Under the pieces are notes generated by a model that was not told the DNA's origin, ran no database searches, and saw only the letters and a program-made list of their open reading frames with translations. A DNA stretch of 32,000 nucleotides from Alkalilimnicola ehrlichii MLHE-1 (GTDB taxonomy: Bacteria > Pseudomonadota > Gammaproteobacteria > Nitrococcales > Halorhodospiraceae): contig NC_008340.1 of the NCBI RefSeq assembly GCF_000014785.1, positions 660,001-692,000 on the forward strand, in the 5' to 3' direction. This document shows, piece after piece, positions 27,314-32,000 of this stretch. Positions within the stretch are counted from its first letter, which is position 1. Each line of letters begins with the position of its first letter. A program made the position numbers and the translations under genes.

Positions 27314-27497
27314 CCTGCGGGCGGGCCGGTGGCCCGCCGGGTGGTGTCTGGTGGAGCCGAGGTCTACTCTAACACGGTCGCGTAAAGTCGCAAAGCGTAT
27401 TGCAAGCCCCTGATCCACCGCCATTTTAATCCTAGCCTCCGCTTTTCCTTGTCTTAAATAGTCGCACCGTGTAGCATCCAATGTCAAGGTTTTTGGT

Positions 27498-28748
27498 GTG
27501 ATAGGTGAGCGGATGCCAAAGAAAGCCAAAGAGTTGTCAGCGATCCAAGTTAAGCGACTATCGAAGGTGGGGGTGCATGCTGTCGGCGGTGTATCCGGTC
27601 TGCTGCTGCGCGTCTACTCCAGCGGTGCCCGATGCTGGGTTCTGCGCACCAGAGCCGGAGGGAAGCGACGGGACTATGGTCTCGGTGGATACCCAACAGT
27701 GACACTCGCTCAGGCGCGTGAAAGGGCGCGTGAGCTGCTGGACGAGCTGTGGCGCGGCAATGACCCCGTTGCCGAGCGTCGGGGGCGTATAGCGGAGCAA
27801 CGGGCGGCTGAGGCCAAGCGCCTGACGTTCGCTCAGGCCGCCGCCCAATGCCACCAGGCGAAGGCCGCCGAGTTCCGCAACGCCAAGCATAAGCGCGACT
27901 GGATAAGCAGTCTTGAGCGTCATGCCTTCCCGGTGCTGGGTGATCTGCCGGTGGCCGACATTGAGTTGGCCCACGTCCTCAAGGTGTTGGAACCGATATG
28001 GAAGGAAAAGACCGAGACCGCCACGCGGGTACGCCAGCGGGTGGAGTCGGTTATCACCTGGGCGACTGTCTCCGGTTATCGGGAGGGCGAGAACCCGGCC
28101 CGATGGGCTGGCAACCTGGAGGTTGCGCTGCCGGCTCCGAACAAGATCAGGAAGGTGAAGCACCACCGCGCTCTACCGTGGAAGGAAGTGCCGGAGTTCA
28201 TGGCCGCGTTGAGACAGCGCCAAGGCATGGCCGCACTCGCCTTGGAGTTCGCCATCCTCACCGCTGCCCGCTCCGGTGAGGTGCGCGGTGCCACCTGGGA
28301 CGAGATCGACTTAGACGCCCGCGTCTGGACGGTGCCAGCCGACAGGATCAAGGCCGGTAAGCCCCACCGCGTACCGCTGTCCGATGATGCAGTGGCGGTG
28401 CTGGAGCGCGTGCCACGGATGGAGGGCAGTAACCTTGTGTTCACCGCGCCGCGTGGTGGCCAGTTGTCCGACATGACGTTGGGCGCTGTCCTCAAGCGGA
28501 TGGAGGTAGACGCCACGGCCCACGGGTTCCGCTCCACGTTCAAGGATTGGGCGCGATCCTGCACCAGCTATCAGGACGAGGTGTCAGAGCTGGCCCTAGC
28601 TCACGTCAACAGCGACGCCACCCGCGCCGCCTATGCGCGTGACGAGCTGTTGCCACAGCGCAAGCGGCTGATGCAGGAGTGGGCGCGTTACTGCCGAGAC
28701 GGCATGCCGGAGACGGCAAGCGTTACTCCTATCGGGCACAACATCTAG
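27498..28748 (+). CDS. P4-type tyrosine recombinase/integrase (DUF4102 N-terminus)
   Basis: GVSGLLLRVYSSGARCWVLRTRAGGKRRDYGLGGYPTVTLAQAR; catalytic residues in TAARSGEVRG, HGFRSTF, LAHVNSDATRAAYAR. Start could be the in-frame ATG at 27513. Confidence 0.93.
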   Translation: MIGERMPKKAKELSAIQVKRLSKVGVHAVGGVSGLLLRVYSSGARCWVLRTRAGGKRRDYGLGGYPTVTLAQARERARELLDELWRGNDPVAERRGRIAEQRAAEAKRLTFAQAAAQCHQAKAAEFRNAKHKRDWISSLERHAFPVLGDLPVADIELAHVLKVLEPIWKEKTETATRVRQRVESVITWATVSGYREGENPARWAGNLEVALPAPNKIRKVKHHRALPWKEVPEFMAALRQRQGMAALALEFAILTAARSGEVRGATWDEIDLDARVWTVPADRIKAGKPHRVPLSDDAVAVLERVPRMEGSNLVFTAPRGGQLSDMTLGAVLKRMEVDATAHGFRSTFKDWARSCTSYQDEVSELALAHVNSDATRAAYARDELLPQRKRLMQEWARYCRDGMPETASVTPIGHNI

Positions 28749-28850
28749 TGGGGGTGTCGCGCTACACCCCTGATATATGGTGATAAACGGCACTTGCGCG
28801 ACCCCCCTCCAGTGCGGTTTAATGGGAACCGTGCGCGACGAGTAGCGCAT

Positions 28851-28960
28851 AAAAAAGCCCGGCCGCTGCTACCAACAGTGACCGGGCCGATACAGCAATT
28901 TCACCTTTATAGCTCCACCGTAGGGGTGGAGTGAGGCGCCGCTACCAACGGTTAGCCTCA
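28851..28960 (-). ncRNA. Candidate structured regulatory RNA (three hairpins), possibly related to phage P1/P4 C4-type antisense RNA
   Basis: Hairpins 28857-28887, 28913-28931, 28932-28960; the outer two share a CTACCAA 7-nt loop (TTGGTAG on minus). Minus strand has TTGCGC-N17-TACACT (28994 to 28966) upstream, and GC hairpin plus TTTTTT at the end. Confidence 0.5.
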
Positions 28961-29053
28961 TGGGCAGTGTAGCCAGAGTTGAACATGTGCGCAACACCTG
29001 GCCGTATCTTGCCGCCCCCCTACGGCGGAGCCTCGAACATGAGGTTCTGACCA

Positions 29054-29254
29054 ATGACCGCGACAGCACAACAGACCACCTACCTGTCACTACGCCAGAT
29101 CACCGAGCGCTACAACGTCCACAAGTCCACCGCCTGGCGCTGGGTGGCTGCTGGACGATTCCCTAAGCCCGTTAAGTTGTCCCCCGGCTGCACCCGCTGG
29201 AAGTTGTCCGACTTGGAGCAGTGGGAAGCCGAGCAGGCGGGGGAGGGTGCGTGA
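29054..29254 (+). CDS. AlpA-like MerR-fold regulator/excisionase
   Basis: 66 aa YLSLRQITERYNVHKSTAWRWVAAGRFPKPVKLSPGCTRWKLSDLEQWEAEQ. Confidence 0.9.
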   Translation: MTATAQQTTYLSLRQITERYNVHKSTAWRWVAAGRFPKPVKLSPGCTRWKLSDLEQWEAEQAGEGA

Positions 29255-31800
29255 TGGAGGCACAAAAACGAAACCCCGAGACCCTAGAGCTTGGCGGCGG
29301 CGGGATCACGGGGCGGGCGATGAGCAAAGCTGATTGTTCTGCCGGTGATTATACCACTACCATTCCCTCCAACGCCATGCCGTATGAGCGGCATATTCCC
29401 GATGCCTGGGAGTTGCCCCTTGATCTGGTGGATATGCCGATCTGGTGCGCTTGGAAGCTGGTGCAAAAGCCTGGAAAGCCGAAGCCGGACAAAGTGCCGG
29501 TAAGCGCCGCTGATGGCTTGCAGGGTTCCAAGGCATGGGGCGGGAAGAAAAACCCAAAGCCCGAGTTCTGCACCACCGCAGAGAAGGCAATCTATTACGC
29601 GAATCAGGCCAAAGATATTACTGGCGTCGGCATTATCCTGATGCCGGGTTTCGGGCTGATCGGTGGCGACCTGGACGGTTGCTGTAATTCAGGTACGGGT
29701 GCGCCTACGGAACAGGCCCGCCGAATCATCGAAGCCGCCGACACTTACACCGAAGTTTCCCCCGGCCTGGAGGGATACCGCTTTATTGCCCGTGGTACGT
29801 TCGGCGGCCATACCGGCAACAATAGGGCGGAGGGCGTGGAGTTCTACGAGGATGGCCGTTTCCTCACGATCACCGGCTATCACGTCGAAGGCACGCCGCA
29901 CGCTATCGAGGAACGCGACCTGTCCGAGTTGGGGGCGGAGTACTTCGACAAGGCTAGTTCCGACACCAAGGCCGGAGAGGCTGAACCCGAAACGGGCGGA
30001 GGCCGTGGCCTGGAGGCGTTCGAGCTGCCGCCCCATGTGCGCGGCTGGATTACCGATGGCGTAGAGCAGGGCACGCGGTCGGATCGCATATTCCAGTGCG
30101 CGAAAGACCTTGTACGTGCTGGTGCCACCGAAGGGGAGGCCGTGGCCATCCTGGCGAACCCTGAGCACGGCATCAGCGACAAGCCGCTTCAGGAGCGCGG
30201 CGGAGACATTCAAGGCGCTAGGCAGTGGGTGCAGCGTTACGCCGTCGCGCCTGCCCGCCGTGATGTTGAAGCCGAGCCGGACGAGTTCGACGACGAGACG
30301 GGAAGCACTGAGACCGCCGGATGGCCGGAGCCGGTGGACCTGTTTGCATCTCGCCCGGTGCCGCCTTTCCCTGCCCAAGTTATGCCGGAAGCCTGGCAGC
30401 GCCACGCGGCTGGCCTCAGTGCGCAAACCGGGTTTGACCCTGGTGGCTACCTGTTCGTGATGCTGGCGCACGCGGGCTGCCTGATGGACCACCGAACGCG
30501 GGTGGCCGTTAATTCGAGCTGGCGAGAGCCGCCGCTCCATTGGGCTGCCCTTGTGGATTCCAGCGGCGGAGGTAAAACGCCAATCCTGGGCGCAGCAGGG
30601 AAACCTGCGATGAGCATTTACAGCGAGATCAACAAGCGGAGTGCCCGCGAGTTGATGGAATGGCACAAAGCGGCGGACAGCGCCAAGAAGGGCGAGGAAC
30701 CGCCCCGCCCGATCTGGAAGCAGCGCAATACCGACGATGGGACCATTGAAGGGATGCGCGATGCCCTGGAGGGCAACCCGGAAGGCGTAACCCTCGCCAT
30801 TGATGAGCTGACCGCGTGGCTCGGCTCTATGGATGCCTTCACGAGCGCGAGAGGCGCAGCCAGCAAAGACAGACCGGCTTGGTTGGAAGCGTGGAGCGGC
30901 AAGGAGGATCGCGTTATTAACCGAGCCGGGAAGGTGAAGGTTATTCCCCATTGGGCTGCTGGGGTTATCGGCGCTATTCAACCCGAAGTGTTGGCCCAGC
31001 AGTTCAAACGCGGGCATGGCAGCAGTGACGGCATGATGCAGCGTTTCATGCTCTACCAACTGCGCCCCGCCGCCGATGGCGACCTGCTGACCGAGCCGGA
31101 TATGCTGGCGGATGCCAGTGCTCACAACGTGTTCCAAGCCGTTGCCGATCTTGCCGAGGAAGGGCCGCAGCACTACCAGCTAGACCGCGAGGCGGTGGCG
31201 CTGCTACAGGACTACATGCAAGCCATTCGGGTGCTTGCGGCCCGCACGCCGGGAGCACGCTTTGCGGAGCACTTGGGCAAGTTTCCCGCCTTCGCGATCC
31301 GCGTTGCCTTGACGCTCCACGTTGTCCACGCCGTGGCCGCCAAAGAGCGCCCCTACACCGTTATAAGCGCGGAGACGATGGAACGGGCGCTAACCATTAT
31401 GCGCGTGCTCTATCGCCATTCTGAGGCCGTTTATACGGTACTGGATGAGGCCAGCGAGGGAGCCCGCCGCTTGACGGTATCTGCTGCCGAGGCGGTGCTG
31501 GCCAAGGGTTGGATGGTGCTAACCCGTGGCGACTTGACCAGGGATGCCACCGGATGGCGAGGGGCTAACAGTGGCGATGCCGAAGCCGCTACCGATCTGC
31601 TGATTGAGTTCGGATGGTTCGCGGATATTACCGACCAAGCGCAGAGAGGCAAGCGGGGGCGGCGCAGTGATGGCCGGTTCGCTGTTAATCCGCGAGTGCA
31701 TGAGGTGTTTATGCAGCACAGCCAGCGGATCAAAAAGGAGCGGGCCGAGCGGTTCCAAGCGATCCACACGGCGGCCACCGAGAGGCAGGGAATTAGTTGA
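29254..31800 (+). CDS. Replication protein with N-terminal Prim-Pol-like region and DUF3987 ATPase/helicase-like domain
   Basis: GVGIILMPGFGLIGGDLDGC (DxD), EGYRFIARG, EFYEDGRFLTITGY; P-loop-like VDSSGGGKTPILGAA; TLAIDELTAWLGSM. ATG 29254 overlaps the alpA TGA. Confidence 0.8.
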   Translation: MEAQKRNPETLELGGGGITGRAMSKADCSAGDYTTTIPSNAMPYERHIPDAWELPLDLVDMPIWCAWKLVQKPGKPKPDKVPVSAADGLQGSKAWGGKKNPKPEFCTTAEKAIYYANQAKDITGVGIILMPGFGLIGGDLDGCCNSGTGAPTEQARRIIEAADTYTEVSPGLEGYRFIARGTFGGHTGNNRAEGVEFYEDGRFLTITGYHVEGTPHAIEERDLSELGAEYFDKASSDTKAGEAEPETGGGRGLEAFELPPHVRGWITDGVEQGTRSDRIFQCAKDLVRAGATEGEAVAILANPEHGISDKPLQERGGDIQGARQWVQRYAVAPARRDVEAEPDEFDDETGSTETAGWPEPVDLFASRPVPPFPAQVMPEAWQRHAAGLSAQTGFDPGGYLFVMLAHAGCLMDHRTRVAVNSSWREPPLHWAALVDSSGGGKTPILGAAGKPAMSIYSEINKRSARELMEWHKAADSAKKGEEPPRPIWKQRNTDDGTIEGMRDALEGNPEGVTLAIDELTAWLGSMDAFTSARGAASKDRPAWLEAWSGKEDRVINRAGKVKVIPHWAAGVIGAIQPEVLAQQFKRGHGSSDGMMQRFMLYQLRPAADGDLLTEPDMLADASAHNVFQAVADLAEEGPQHYQLDREAVALLQDYMQAIRVLAARTPGARFAEHLGKFPAFAIRVALTLHVVHAVAAKERPYTVISAETMERALTIMRVLYRHSEAVYTVLDEASEGARRLTVSAAEAVLAKGWMVLTRGDLTRDATGWRGANSGDAEAATDLLIEFGWFADITDQAQRGKRGRRSDGRFAVNPRVHEVFMQHSQRIKKERAERFQAIHTAATERQGIS

Positions 31801-31805
31801 AAAAC

Positions 31806-31880
31806 TTGTATGCGCGTGCGCGAGTACAGAGTTTATACAAGCCCCTTTTTTACTTTTCTTACTCGTGTGCGCGCATACAA
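31806..31880. repeat. Long hairpin/inverted repeat downstream of primase gene
   Basis: TTGTATGCGCGTGCGCGAGTA (31806-31826) against TACTCGTGTGCGCGCATACAA (31860-31880): 21 continuous pairs, 18 Watson-Crick and 3 G-U; 33-nt loop containing CCCCTTTTTT. Confidence 0.7.
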
Positions 31881-31960
31881 CTAATTCAACTTATTGGGCA
31901 CCGGCTCCAGCGCCGCCCGGTGGCCTTCAATCACCAGGCGCAATCAGCGAGGTAACGACG

Positions 31961-32000
31961 ATGATTGATGCGGAAGTAGCGGAAGAGATTCACGACGCGC
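31961..32000 (+). CDS. Start of a further element ORF, truncated by window edge
   Basis: GAGG upstream of ATGATTGATGCGGAAGTAGCGGAAGAG... (MIDAEVAEEIHDA). Confidence 0.4.
   Translation, partial: MIDAEVAEEIHDA

Larger units (their letters stand above)
27361..32000 (+). mobile_element. Left part of an integrated genetic element (integrase / AlpA / primase); right end outside window, left border approximate
   Basis: P4-type integrase, AlpA-like regulator and replication gene in order, with more AT-rich non-coding sequence than the flanking chromosome. Confidence 0.8.

Noticed and set aside
27179-27529. 116 aa minus-strand ORF across the element boundary
   Set aside because: Gly/Arg/Pro-rich translation through terminator hairpins and overlapping two real genes; not convincing.
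29689-31173. 494 aa minus-strand ORF inside the primase gene
   Set aside because: Antisense to conserved DUF3987 coding sequence; no recognisable motif.

Overview
GC-rich gammaproteobacterial chromosome, probably a haloalkaliphilic Ectothiorhodospiraceae-like lineage (inferred from gene content only). Left to right it holds: prmA 3' end, DUF3426 protein, fis, purH, purD; phasin; RRM protein; an M23 peptidase/bactofilin pair; small membrane protein; uup-type ABC-F; DUF3422 protein; RsmB/RsmF-like RNA methyltransferase; AEC transporter; a minus-strand sulfur-handling operon (DsrE-like, NifS-like, ArsR-rhodanese); SAM methyltransferase and ACR3/BASS-like transporter; an overlapping three-gene module (double-domain KaiC-like ATPase, degenerate receiver protein, degenerate REC-GGDEF with intact EAL); tRNA-Arg(CCU); a variant FNR-like regulator followed by a TorD-like chaperone and a PhsABC/PsrAB-like molybdoenzyme operon; and a second AEC transporter. 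From about 27.35 kb to the right edge there is the start of an integrated element: P4-type integrase, AlpA-like regulator, and a fused Prim-Pol-like/DUF3987 protein. The observations most worth a second look are: (1) a structured RNA between integrase and alpA, with two hairpins presenting the same 7-nt loop and promoter-like and terminator-like signals placed on the minus strand; (2) the KaiC-like/degenerate REC/degenerate REC-GGDEF-EAL module; (3) the FNR-like regulator with altered cysteine spacing and two FNR-like boxes ahead of the molybdoenzyme operon; (4) a 21-bp (with G-U pairs) hairpin with a competing terminator-like fold just after the primase gene. No CRISPR array or recognisable defence system was seen. 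All family calls were made by eye without database searches.
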